NCBI RefSeq assembly: GCF_008831285.2
Contig: NC_045138.2
Location: 32,488,001 to 32,552,000 of the forward strand
Origin: Nymphaea colorata
Taxonomy: Eukaryota
DNA: 64,000 bases
Direction of reading: 5' to 3'
Below, piece by piece: positions 22,961-36,700 of the stretch. Made by a program: the position numbers and the translations under genes. The notes below the pieces were generated by a model that was not told where the DNA came from, searched no databases, and saw nothing but the letters and a program-made list of their open reading frames with translations. How positions within the stretch are numbered: position 1 is the first letter of the stretch; each line of letters starts with the position of its first letter.

Positions 22961-25900
22961 TCATCGCATCTAGCGTGCGGCTATTCAAATTCCAACCAGC
23001 CCGTCCACAGAGATTGGGTGTTTTGTCAGGTGTTGCGGTTGGGTCTCTTCTGGTAATGATTTGGCTGCTGGGTTCTTCCTGTTTCCTTCTTGAATGACAA
23101 TGCCTTTTATCTATGTGTTTGCAATATCAGCTTTGAACATTAAATTTCTCATGGATGGGGAAGGTGGGCATTCAAGCTGTTGGGCATTCTGCAACATGCC
23201 TGATACTCACGATTTACTGCCTCATTTCTGTTTGGTTTGTTGGTGGTCTCACTGCATAATAGTGCCAACCAGGTCAGCGTGTTTTTATCCTAAAGTGCTA
23301 CGTTCTATCTTCTGCATGTAGTTTCTTTTCTATACGATTATATGCTATATTTCTATTTGTTGTTTGAATCTAGTCTGGGCATATTGCTTTTTCGTTTAGA
23401 ATACTTGATGCATTTGACTTCAGCTTATAGTCACAATGTAATATGTTGCTTCCTGTGTTACTCTGGGCATAGATGTAGGTGTCTCTTACTGTTGGACACG
23501 TACATCTCATGTTTAGTAAGTCTTGAATAAAGTGGATATTTGGGTGGAGAAGTTATGCAGAAAATTAGTAAAACTTGTTTCATAAAGGTGAAAAGAAGCT
23601 GATGAAATTTGCATGGTGTTCAAACTACATGCTGTAAAACATATTTGGAAATTGAGTCACAAAAGGGAGGTTAAGCCATTTTGTGAAACTAAGTTGCTAA
23701 AGCCGATGGAATACTATTTTATCTTGGAATATCCCTGACGGTTCAAATAAAACCATGAAGGGATTGCCCTCAAACACCTGCAGTGGTTGCACTGACACTC
23801 TGACAGTACATCTTGCATGTGCAGTTTGTGTTTTTCTCTGTAAGCTAATGGATACAAATTGGTTGATTCATATCCTTCAAGGCTTTTAGACTCATTCTTA
23901 GAAATCTTTAATGTATATTCAACTTCTGTTCAGAATTGTGCATTTTTTATTCTTATTGACACCCATTGCATTAATATATTGGAGGAATGGTATGTTGTCA
24001 TTGTTGTTTATACTTTATGGCACTGACTTTATCATGAGATATTGTCAACATGGACGAAACAAGTGTTCGCTTATCATTTATCAGCTAAAATTAATGCTTA
24101 TGATACTGGTTATCTTTCCTGAGTAAAAGGAATAATCATATATTCATTTCTTATATTGTCAATTTTGTTCATAATCACTCATGACCTAAGGTTTTCAAGA
24201 CTTGGGTTCCCAATTTCTTGGTAGTTTGGTTTTTCTGAAGGCTATATGCATGCTCTCTCTGTAGCTGCTTGGTATCTCTAATCTTAGAACTTGATTTTAG
24301 ATATTTAGTTATAGAATTTAATTTGTCGTTGCATGAGGAAGACTGTGTGAAGCATGGCCTCTTTTATGGTTTTCTGAATTTTTGATATTTAGTTATAGAA
24401 TTTAATTTGTCGTTGCATTAGGAAGACTGTGTGAAGCCTGGCCTCCTTTAGGCCACGTTTGATGGCCTGGATTTTTTTGGGGGGGAATTTTTTCAAGGGT
24501 AAATTCTCCACGGTAAACTGACAGAAAGGAAAATTTCCCTTTTTCTTGTTTCAGGCCATGTTTGATGTGCAATTTGACTTCAAATTCTTTTGATTTTCTT
24601 TGACTTTTCTCAATTTCTTGTTAGATCCTTAAAGTTATTGTATTTGATTTGTTATATTTCCTAACTGCTTGTTAAATTATCAAGTTTTTAAGTGCACTTT
24701 TCAACATTGAATTTTCTAGATCACACTGGATTGCATGAACTTTTAAAACAATTTTAAGCATGGTCTAAAGTAGAGGTTCACATTTTAAAAGTCAAAATCC
24801 TACTTTTGAGATTGTATAAGATTAGACCTCTAATCTAGACCTTTGGTCTGAATCCCGCATGCAGCATCTTAGACCAGATCAGCGTTGACCTTATATCCAA
24901 AATCTTGAGTCCAACATCCCAGACCGGATCAGGTGAGACCTCTGATCTTGACCATTTTTTCGAAATCCCAAATCCAACATCCCAAACCGGATTGGATGAG
25001 ACCTCTAATCCGTATCATATATATATTGAAAATCTTGAATCCAACATCCCAGACCAGATCAGGTGAGACCTCTGATCTTGACCATTGGTCGAAATCCCAA
25101 ATGCGACATCCCAAACCGGATTGGATGAGACCTCTAATCCGTATCATATATATAAGTTTAAAATCCAACGTCCTAGACCATTTAAAATCAGACTTCTATT
25201 TTAAATCTTAGGATGGAACCCCAAATTCCATTTGATAAGGTGAAATCTATGTTCTAGCTGGTTGCTCAAAATCTTGAGTCCAACATCCCAGACCAGATCA
25301 GGTGAGACCTCTGATCTTGACCATTTTTTCGAAATCCCAAATCCAACATCCCAAACCGGATTGGATGAGACCTCTAATCAGTATCATATATATATCCAAA
25401 ATCTTGAGTCCAACATCCCAGACCCGATCAGGTGAGACCTCTGATCTTGACCATTTTTTCGAAATCCCAAATCCAACATCCCAAACCGGATTGGATGAGA
25501 CCTCTAATCCGTATAATATATATATCCAAAATCTTGATCCAACATCCCAGACCGGATCAGGTGAGACCTCTGATCTTGACCATTTTTTCGAAATCCCAAA
25601 TCCAACATCCCAGACCGGATTGGATGAGACCTCTAATCCGTATCATATATATATCCAAAATCTTGAGTCCAACATGTCAGACCGGATCAGGTGAGACCTT
25701 TGATCTTGACCATTGGTCGAAATCCAAAATGCAACATCCCAAATCGGATTGGATGAGACCTCTAATCCGTATCATATATATAAGTTTAAAATCCAACGTC
25801 CTAGACCATTTAAAATCAGACTTCTATTTTAAATCTTAGGATGGAATCCCAAATTCCATTTGATAAGGTGAGATCTATGTTCTAGCTGATGGTTCAAATC

Positions 25901-27773
25901 TTGAGTCCAACATCCCAAACCGGATCAGGTGAGACCTCTGATCTTGACCATTTTTTCGAAATCCCAAATCTAACATCCCAAACAGGATTGGATGAGACCT
26001 CTAATCCGTGTCATATATATATCCAAAATCTTGAGTCCAACATCCCAGACCGGATCAGGTGAGACCTCTGATCTTGACCATTTTTTCGAAATCCCAAATC
26101 CAACATCCCAAACCGGATTGGATGAGACCTCTAATCCGTATCATATATATATTGAAAATCTTAAATCCAACATCCCAGACCAGATCAGGTGAGACCTCTG
26201 ATCTTAACCATTGGTCGAAATCCCAAATGCAACATCCCAAACCGGATTGGATGAGACTCTAATCCGTATCATATATATAGTTTAAAATCCAACGTCCTAG
26301 ACCATTTAAAATCAGACTTCTATTTTAAATCTTAGGATGGAATCCCAAATTCCATTTGGCAAGCCGGACTAGATCGGACCTCTCATCTATCTCTTATATC
26401 AAAATTTCAAATCCCGTCTCATATATTTGATCACATGAAACATATTTGATCACATGAAACAGATGGGTGGCTTTTTGATTTCCTGTAAATTCTTTTCACA
26501 TCCCTTAGGAGTTTTTGAAATCACTTGAAGAATATTACTTTGTCTATATAGATCTTCGAATCTTCTCAATTCCTTGTATTTGATTTAAAATATTAACTAA
26601 TGCTTGTCAAATTCTCAAGTTTTTCAATGCACTTTTCCATTTTGATGTTTGTTGGTTATAGTGGATTGAATGAATTTTTAAAATGATTTTAGCGTGGTGT
26701 AAAGTAGAGGTTCGAGTTTTAAAGTTCAAAATCCAATCCAGCATTTGAGACTGTAGAAAACTAGACCTCCAATCAGAAGCTTTGGTCTAAATCCTGCATG
26801 CAACATCCTAGACCGGATCGGTGCTGACCTCTGATCAAACATTACTCTGAATCCCTATTCAACACCTCATACCAGATGAGATTAGACCTCTGATCTATTT
26901 CTTAGATGCAAACCCTAAATCAAACGTCATAGAACTGATACAAATGGTTTATGAATCTTTGAAATCACTTCCTGTTTTATAAATCTTGAAACCACTCTAT
27001 GTTTTCCAAAATTTTGTAAATTGACTTCAAATTCTTATTATTGATTTTCTTGGAATTTTCTCAATTTCACTAGAGATCTTCAATTTTTTGGATTTGATTT
27101 CGCACTTCTCTTAAATCATTGCAAAATTCTCAAGTTTGTAAATGCACCTTTCACTTTTAGGTTTCTAAATTCCATTGGATTGTATGTATACTCAAAGCGA
27201 TTTTAAACATGGTCTAGACTTGGGGGTTAATATTTTAAAATTCACATCCACATTCAAAATATAAATTCGACATCCTAGACCGGATAAGGTGAGATCTATG
27301 TTCTAGCTGGTAGTTCAAAATCTTGAGTCCAACATCCCAGACCGGATCAGGTGAGACCTCTGATCTTGACCATTTTTTCGAAATCTCAAATCCAACATCC
27401 CAAACCGGATTGGATGAGACCTCTAATCCGTATCATATATATATCCAAAATCTTGAGTCCAACATCCCAGACCGGATTAGGTGAGACCTCTGATCTTGAC
27501 CAATTTTTCGAAATCCCAAATCCAACATCCCAAACCGGATTGGATGAGACCTCTAATCCGTATCATATATATTGAAAATCTTGAATCCAACATCCCAGAC
27601 CAGATCAGGTGAGACCTCTGATCTTGACCATTGGTCGAAATCCCAAATGCAACATCCCAAACCGGACTGGATGAGGCCTCTAATCCGTATCATATATATA
27701 AGTTTAAAATCCAACGTCCTAGACCGTTTAAAATCAGACTTCTAATTTTAATTCTTAGGATGGAATCCCAAAT

Positions 27774-27873
27774 NNNNNNNNNNNNNNNNNNNNNNNNNNN
27801 NNNNNNNNNNNNNNNNNNNNNNNNNNNNNNNNNNNNNNNNNNNNNNNNNNNNNNNNNNNNNNNNNNNNNNNNN
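27774..27873. other. Assembly gap (100 N)
   Basis: Exactly 100 Ns, a typical placeholder for a gap of unknown size. Confidence 0.99.
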
Positions 27874-29299
27874 GCCTGGCCTCTTTATGGTTTTCTGTTT
27901 TCATTCAACTGGAAAATGTAATTAGATGTTGTTTTAAACATGGTCTAGACTGGGGTTAATATTTTAAAATTCACATCCACATTAAAAATATACATTCGAC
28001 ATCTTAGATTGGTTAAAATGAGTTCTATGTTCTAGCTACTAGTTCAAAATCCTGAATCCAACATCCTAAACCGAATTAGATGAGACCTTTGATCTAGACC
28101 TTAGGTCGAAATCCCGAATCCAACATCCCAAACTGGATCAGATCAGACCTATGATCCGTATCATAAATATAAGTTTGAAATCCAACATCCTAGACCAGAT
28201 AAGATTAGACTTCTAACTTAAATCTTGGGATAGAATCCTAAATTCGATTTGGCAGACTGTCAGGCCTGTGATCTATTTCTTAGATCAGAATCCAACATCA
28301 TACACGTGTTCACATAAACAAATGAGTGGTTTTCTGATTTTTTTTGTAAATTTTTTTGAAATCCCTTGGGAATTTTGAAATCACTTGAAGAATATTACTT
28401 TGTCTATATAAATCTTTGAAATCATTGTCCAAATTACCAAACATGTGCAATTTGACTTCAAATTCTTTTGATTTCTTTGACTTTTCTCAATTTCTTGTTA
28501 GATCCTTAAAGTTATTGTATTTGATTTGTTATATTTCCTAACTGCTTGTTAAATTATCAAGTTTTTAAGTGCACTTTCAACATTGAATTTTCTAGATTAC
28601 ACTGGATTGCATGAACTTTTAAAACAATTTTAAGCATGGTCTAAAGTAGAGGTTCACATTTTAAAATTCAAAATCCAACTTTTGAGATTGTATAAGATTA
28701 GACCTCTAATCTAGACCTTTGGTCTGAATCCCGCATGCAGCATCTTAGACCAGATCAGCGTTGACCTTATATCCAAAATCTTGAGTCCAACATCCCAGAC
28801 CGGATCAGGTGAGACCTCTGATCTTGACCATTTTTTCGAAATCCCAAATCCAACATCCCAAACCGGATTGGATGAGACCTCTAATCCGTATCATATATAT
28901 ATTGAAAATCTTGAATCCAACATCCCAGACCAGATCAGGTGAGACCTCTGATCTTGACCATTGGTCGAAATCCCAAATGCAACATCCCAAACCGGATTGG
29001 ATGAGACCTCTAATCCATATCATATATATAAGTTTAAAATCCAACGTCCTAGACCATTTAAAATCAGACTTCTATTTTAAATCTTAGGATGGAACCCAAA
29101 TTCCATTTGATAAGGTGAGATCTATGTTCTAGCTGACTGTTTAAAATCTTGAGTCCAACATCCCAAACCGGATCAGGTGAGACCTCTGATCTTGACCATT
29201 TTTTCGAAATCCAAATCCAACATCCCAAACCGGATTGGATGAGACCTCTAATCAGTATCATATATATATCCAAAATCTTGAGTCCAACATCCCAGACCG

Positions 29300-32200
29300 G
29301 ATCAGGTGAGACCTCTGATCTTGACCATTTTTTCGAATCCCAAATCCAACATCCCAAACCGGATTGGATGAGACCTCTAATCCGTATCATATATATATCC
29401 AAAATCTTGATCCAACATCCCAGACCGGATCAGGTGAGACCTCTGATCTTGACCATTTTTTCGAAATCCCAAATCCAACATCCCAGACCGGATTGGATGA
29501 GACCTCTAATCCATATCATATATAGATATATCCAAAATCTTGAGTCCAACATCGCAGACCGGATCAGGTGAGACCTCTGATCTTGACCATTGGTCGAAAT
29601 CCCAAATGCAACATCCCAAACCGGATTGGATGAGACCTCTAATCCGTATCATATATATAAGTTTAAAATCCAACGTCCTAGACCATTTAAAATCAGACTT
29701 CTATTTTAAATCATAGGATGGAACCCCAAATTCCATTTGATAAGGTGAGATCTATGTTCTAGCTGATTGTTCAAAATCTTGAGTCCAACATCCCAAACCG
29801 GATCAGGTGAGACCTCTGATCTTGACCATTTTTTCGAAATCCCAAATCCAACATCCCAAACCGGATTGTATGAGACCTCTAATCCGTATCATATATATAT
29901 CCAAAATCTTGAGTGCAACATCCCAGACCGGATCAGGTGAGACCTCTGATCTTGACCATTTTTTCGAAATCCCAAATCCAACATCCCAAACCGGATTGGA
30001 TGAGACCTCTAATCCGTATCATATGTATATTGAAAATCTTGAATCCAACATCCCAGACCAGATCAGGTGAAACCTCTGATCTTGACCATTGGTCGAAATC
30101 CCAAATGCAACATCCCAAACCGGATTGGATGAGACCTCTAATCCGTATCATATATATAATTTTAAAATCCAATGTCCTAGACCATTTAAAATCAGACTTC
30201 TATTTTAAATCTTAGGATGGAATCCCAAATTCCATTTGGCAAGCCGGACTAGATCGAACCTCTCATCTATCTCTTATATCAAAATTTCAAATCCCGTCTC
30301 ATATATTTGATCACATGAAACAGATGGGTGGCTTTTTGATTTCCTGTAAATTCTTTTCACATCCCTTAGGAGTTTTTGAAATCACTTGAAGAATATTACT
30401 TTGTCTATATAGATCTTCGAATCTTCTCAATTCCTTGTATTTGATTTAAAATATTAACTAAATGCTTGTCAAATTCTCAAAGTTTTTCAATGCACTTTTC
30501 CATTTTGATGTTTGTTGGTTATAGTGGATTGAATGAATTTTTAAAATGATTTTTAGCGTGGTGTAAAGTAGAGGTTCGAGTTTTAAAGTTCAAAATCCAA
30601 TCCAGCATTTGAGACTGTAGAAAACTAGACCTCCAATCAGAAGCTTTGGTCTAAATCCTGCATGCAACATCCTAGACCGGATCGGTGTTGACCTCTGATT
30701 CAAACATTAGCTCTGAATCCCTAATTCAACACCTCAAACCAGATGAGATTAGACCTCTGTTCTATTTCTTAGATGCAAACCCTAAATCAAACGTCATAGA
30801 ACTGATAAAAATGGTTTATGGATCTTTGAAATCATTTCCTGTTTTATAAATCTTTGAAACCACTCTATGTTTTCCAAAATTTTGTAAATTGACTTCAAAT
30901 TCTTATTATTGATTTTCTTGGAATTTTCTCAATTTCACTAGAGATCTTCAATTTTTTTGGATTTGATTTCGCACTTCTCTTAAATCATTGCTAAATTCTC
31001 AAGTTTGTAAATGCACCTTTCAACTTTTAGGTTTCTAAATTCCATTGGATTGTATGTATACTCAAAGCGATTTTAAACATGGTCTAGACTTGGGGGTTAA
31101 TATTTTAAAATTCACATCCACATTCAAAATATACATTCGACATCCTAGACCGGATAAGGTGAGATCTATGTTCTAGCTGGTTGTTCAAAATCTTGAGTCC
31201 AACATCCGAGACTGGATCAGGTGAGACCTCTGACCTTGTCCATTTTTTCGAAATCCCAAATCCAACATCCCAAATCGGATTGGATGAGACCTCTAATCTG
31301 TATCATATATTTATTCAAAATCATGAATCCAACATCCCAGACCAGATCAGGTGAGACCTCTGATCTTGACTATTGGTCGAAATCCCAAATGCAACATCCC
31401 AAACCGGATTGGATGAGACCTTTAATCCGTATCATATATATAAGTTTAAAATCCAACGTCCTAAACCATTTAAAATCAGACTTCTATTTTAATTCTTAGG
31501 ATGGAATCCCAAATTCCATTTGATAAGGTGAGATCTATGTTCTAGCTGGTTGTTCAAAATCTTGAGTCCAACATCCCACACCGGATCATGTGAGACCTCT
31601 GATCTTGACCATTTTTTCGAAATCCCAAATCCAACATCCCAAACCGGATTGGATGAGACCTCTAATCCGTATTATATATATATCCAAAATCTTGTGTTCA
31701 CATCCCAAACCGGATCAGGTGAGACCTCTGATCTTGACCATTTTTTCGAAATCCCAAATCCAACATCCCAAACCGGATTGGATGAGACCTCTAATCCGTA
31801 TCATATATATATCCAAAATCTTGATCCAACATCCCAGACCGGATCAGGTGAGACCTCTGATCTTGACCATTTTTTCGAAATCCCAAATCCAACATCCCAG
31901 ACCGGATTGGATGAGACCTCTAATCCATATCATATATAGATATATCCAAAATCTTGAGTCCAACATCGCAGACCGGATCAGGTGAGACCTCTGATCTTGA
32001 CCATTGGTCGAAATCCCAAATGCAACATCCCAAACCGGATTGGATGAGACCTCTAATCCGTATCATATATATAAGTTTAAAATCCAACGTCCTAGACCAT
32101 TTAAAATCAGACTTCTATTTTAAATCATAGGATGGAACCCCAAATTCCATTTGATAAGGTGAGATCTATGTTCTGGCTGATTGTTCAAAATCTTGAGTCC

Positions 32201-35200
32201 AACATCCCAAACCGGATCAGGTGAGACCTCTGATCTTGACCATTTTTTCGAAATCCCAAATCCAACATCCCAAACCGGATTGTATGAGACCTCTAATCCG
32301 TATCATATATATATATCCAAAATCTTGAGTGCAACATCCCAGACCGGATCAGGTGAGACCTCTGATCTTGACCATTTTTTCGAAATCCCAAATCCAACAT
32401 CCCAAACCGGATTGGATGAGACCTCTAATCCGTATCATATGTATATTGAAAATCTTGAATCCAACATCCCAGACCAGATCAGGTGAAACCTCTGATCTTG
32501 ACCATTGGTCGAAATCCCAAATGCAACATCCCAAACCGGATTGGATGAGACCTCTAATCCGTATCATATATATAATTTTAAAATCCAATGTCCTAGACCA
32601 TTTAAAATCAGACTTCTATTTTAAATCTTAGGATGGAATCCCAAATTCCATTTGGCAAGCCGGACTAGATCGAACCTCTCATCTATCTCTTATATCAAAA
32701 TTTCAAATCCCGTCTCATATATTTGATCACATGAAACAGATGGGTGGCTTTTTGATTTCCTGTAAATTCTTTTCACATCCCTTAGGAGTTTTTGAAATCA
32801 CTTGAAGAATATTACTTTGTCTATATAGATCTTCGAATCTTCTCAATTCCTTGTATTTGATTTAAAATATTAACTAAATGCTTGTCAAATTCTCAAAGTT
32901 TTTCAATGCACTTTTCCATTTTGATGTTTGTTGGTTATAGTGGATTGAATGAATTTTTAAAATGATTTTTAGCGTGGTGTAAAGTAGAGGTTCGAGTTTT
33001 AAAGTTCAAAATCCAATCCAGCATTTGAGACTGTAGAAAACTAGACCTCCAATCAGAAGCTTTGGTCTAAATCCTTCATGCAACATCCTAGACCGGATCG
33101 GTGCTGACCTCTGATTCAAACATTAGCTCTGAATCCCTAATTCAACACCTCAAACCAGATGAGATTAGACCTCTGTTCTATTTCTTAGATGCAAACCCTA
33201 AATCAAACGTCATAGAACTGATAAAAATGGTTTATGGATCTTTGAAATCATTTCCTGTTTTATAAATCTTTGAAACCACTCTATGTTTTCCAAAATTTTG
33301 TAAATTGACTTCAAATTCTTATTATTGATTTTCTTGGAATTTTCTCAATTTCACTAGAGATCTTCAATTTTTTTGGATTTGATTTCGCACTTCTCTTAAA
33401 TCATTGCTAAATTCTCAAGTTTGTAAATGCACCTTTCAACTTTTAGGTTTCTAAATTCCATTGGATTGTATGTATACTCAAAGCGATTTTAAACATGGTC
33501 TAGACTTGGGGGTTAATATTTTAAAATTCACATCCACATTCAAAATATACATTCGACATCCTAGACCGGATAAGGTGAGATCTATGTTCTAGCTGGTTGT
33601 TCAAAATCTTGAGTCCAACATCCGAGACTGGATCAGGTGAGACCTCTGACCTTGTCCATTTTTTCGAAATCCCAAATCCAACATCCCAAATCGGATTGGA
33701 TGAGACCTCTAATCTGTATCATATATTTATTCAAAATCATGAATCCAACATCCCAGACCAGATCAGGTGAGACCTCTGATCTTGACTATTGGTCGAAATC
33801 CCAAATGCAACATCCCAAACCGGATTGGATGAGACCTTTAATCCGTATCATATATATAAGTTTAAAATCCAACGTCCTAAACCATTTAAAATCAGACTTC
33901 TATTTTAATTCTTAGGATGGAATCCCAAATTCCATTTGATAAGGTGAGATCTATGTTCTAGCTGGTTGTTCAAAATCTTGAGTCCAACATCCCACACCGG
34001 ATCATGTGAGACCTCTGATCTTGACCATTTTTTCGAAATCCCAAATCCAACATCCCAAACCGGATTGGATGAGACCTCTAATCCGTATTATATATATATC
34101 CAAAATCTTGTGTTCACATCCCAAACCGGATCAGGTGAGACCTCTGATCTTGACCATTTTTTCGAAATCCCAAATCCAACATCCCAAACCGGATTGGATG
34201 AGACCTCTAATCCGTATCATATATATATCCAAAATCTTGATCCAACATCCCAGACCGGATCAGGTGAGACCTCTGATCTTGACCATTTTTTCGAAATCCC
34301 AAATCCAACATCCCAGACCGGATTGGATGAGACCTCTAATCCATATCATATATAGATATATCCAAAATCTTGAGTCCAACATCGCAGACCGGATCAGGTG
34401 AGACCTCTGATCTTGACCATTGGTCGAAATCCCAAATGCAACATCCCAAACCGGATTGGATGAGACCTCTAATCCGTATCATATATATAAGTTTAAAATC
34501 CAACGTCCTAGACCATTTAAAATCAGACTTCTATTTTAAATCATAGGATGGAACCCCAAATTCCATTTGATAAGGTGAGATCTATGTTCTGGCTGATTGT
34601 TCAAAATCTTGAGTCCAACATCCCAAACCGGATCAGGTGAGACCTCTGATCTTGACCATTTTTTCGAAATCCCAAATCCAACATCCCAAACCGGATTGTA
34701 TGAGACCTCTAATCCGTATCATATATATATATCCAAAATCTTGAGTGCAACATCCCAGACCGGATCAGGTGAGACCTCTGATCTTGACCATTTTTTCGAA
34801 ATCCCAAATCCAACATCCCAAACCGGATTGGATGAGACCTCTAATCCGTATCATATGTATATTGAAAATCTTGAATCCAACATCCCAGACCAGATCAGGT
34901 GAAACCTCTGATCTTGACCATTGGTCGAAATCCCAAATGCAACATCCCAAACCGGATTGGATGAGACCTCTAATCCGTATCATATATATAATTTTAAAAT
35001 CCAATGTCCTAGACCATTTAAAATCAGACTTCTATTTTAAATCTTAGGATGGAATCCCAAATTCCATTTGGCAAGCCGGACTAGATCGAACCTCTCATCT
35101 ATCTCTTATATCAAAATTTCAAATCCCGTCTCATATATTTGATCACATGAAACAGATGGGTGGCTTTTTGATTTCCTGTAAATTCTTTTCACATCCCTTA

Positions 35201-36700
35201 GGAGTTTTTGAAATCACTTGAAGAATATTACTTTGTCTATATAGATCTTCGAATCTTCTCAATTCCTTGTATTTGATTTAAAATATTAACTAAATGCTTG
35301 TCAAATTCTCAAAGTTTTTCAATGCACTTTTCCATTTTGATGTTTGTTGGTTATAGTGGATTGAATGAATTTTTAAAATGATTTTTAGCGTGGTGTAAAG
35401 TAGAGGTTCGAGTTTTAAAGTTCAAAATCCAATCCAGCATTTGAGACTGTAGAAAACTAGACCTCCAATCAGAAGCTTTGGTCTAAATCCTGCATGCAAC
35501 ATCCTAGACCGGATCGGTGCTGACCTCTGATTCAAACATTAGCTCTGAATCCCTAATTCAACACCTCAAACCAGATGAGATTAGACCTCTGTTCTATTTC
35601 TTAGATGCAAACCCTAAATCAAACGTCATAGAACTGATAAAAATGGTTTATGGATCTTTGAAATCATTTCCTGTTTTATAAATCTTTGAAACCACTTTAT
35701 GTTTTCCAAAATTTTGTAAATTGACTTCAAATTCTTATTATTGATTTTCTTGGAATTTTCTCAATTTCACTAGAGATCTTCAATTTTTTTGGATTTGATT
35801 TCGCACTTCTCTTAAATCATTGCTAAATTCTCAAGTTTGTAAATGCACCTTTCAACTTTTAGGTTTCTAAATTCCATTGGATTGTATGTATACTCAAAGC
35901 GATTTTAAACATGGTCTAGACTTGGGGGTTAATATTTTAAAATTCACATCCACATTCAAATTATACATTCGACATCCTAGACCGGATAAGGTGAGATCTA
36001 TGTTCTAGCTGGTTGTTCAAAATCTTGAGTCCAACATCCGAGACTGGATCAGGTGAGACCTCTGACCTTGTCCATTTTTTCGAAATCCCAAATCCAACAT
36101 CCCAAATCGGATTGGATGAGACCTCTAATCTGTATCATATATTTATTCAAAATCATGAATCCAACATCCCAGACCAGATCAGGTGAGACCTCTGATCTTG
36201 ACTATTGGTCGAAATCCCAAATGCAACATCCCAAACCGGATTGGATGAGACCTTTAATCCGTATCATATATATAAGTTTAAAATCCAACGTCCTAAACCA
36301 TTTAAAATCAGACTTCTATTTTAATTCTTAGGATGGAATCCCAAATTCCATTTGATAAGGTGAGATCTATGTTCTAGCTGGTTGTTCAAAATCTTGAGTC
36401 CAACATCCCACACCGGATCATGTGAGACCTCTGATCTTGACCATTTTTTCGAAATCCCAAATCCAACATCCCAAACCGGATTGGATGAGACCTCTAATCC
36501 GTATTATATATATATCCAAAATCTTGTGTTCACATCCCAAACCGGATCAGGTGAGACCTCTGATCTTGACCATTTTTTCGAAATCCCAAATCCAACATCC
36601 CAAACCGGATTGGATGAGACCTCTAATCCGTATCATATATATATCCAAAATCTTGATCCAACATCCCAGACCGGATCAGGTGAGACCTCTGATCTTGACC
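29300..36700 (+). repeat. Higher-order repeat, 2,416 bp period, about 3 copies
   Basis: Identical ORF translations start at 29913/32329/34745 and 31221/33637/36053 (steps of 2,416). Rare variants such as ATCGCAGACC and GGATTGTATG recur at this period. Confidence 0.95.
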
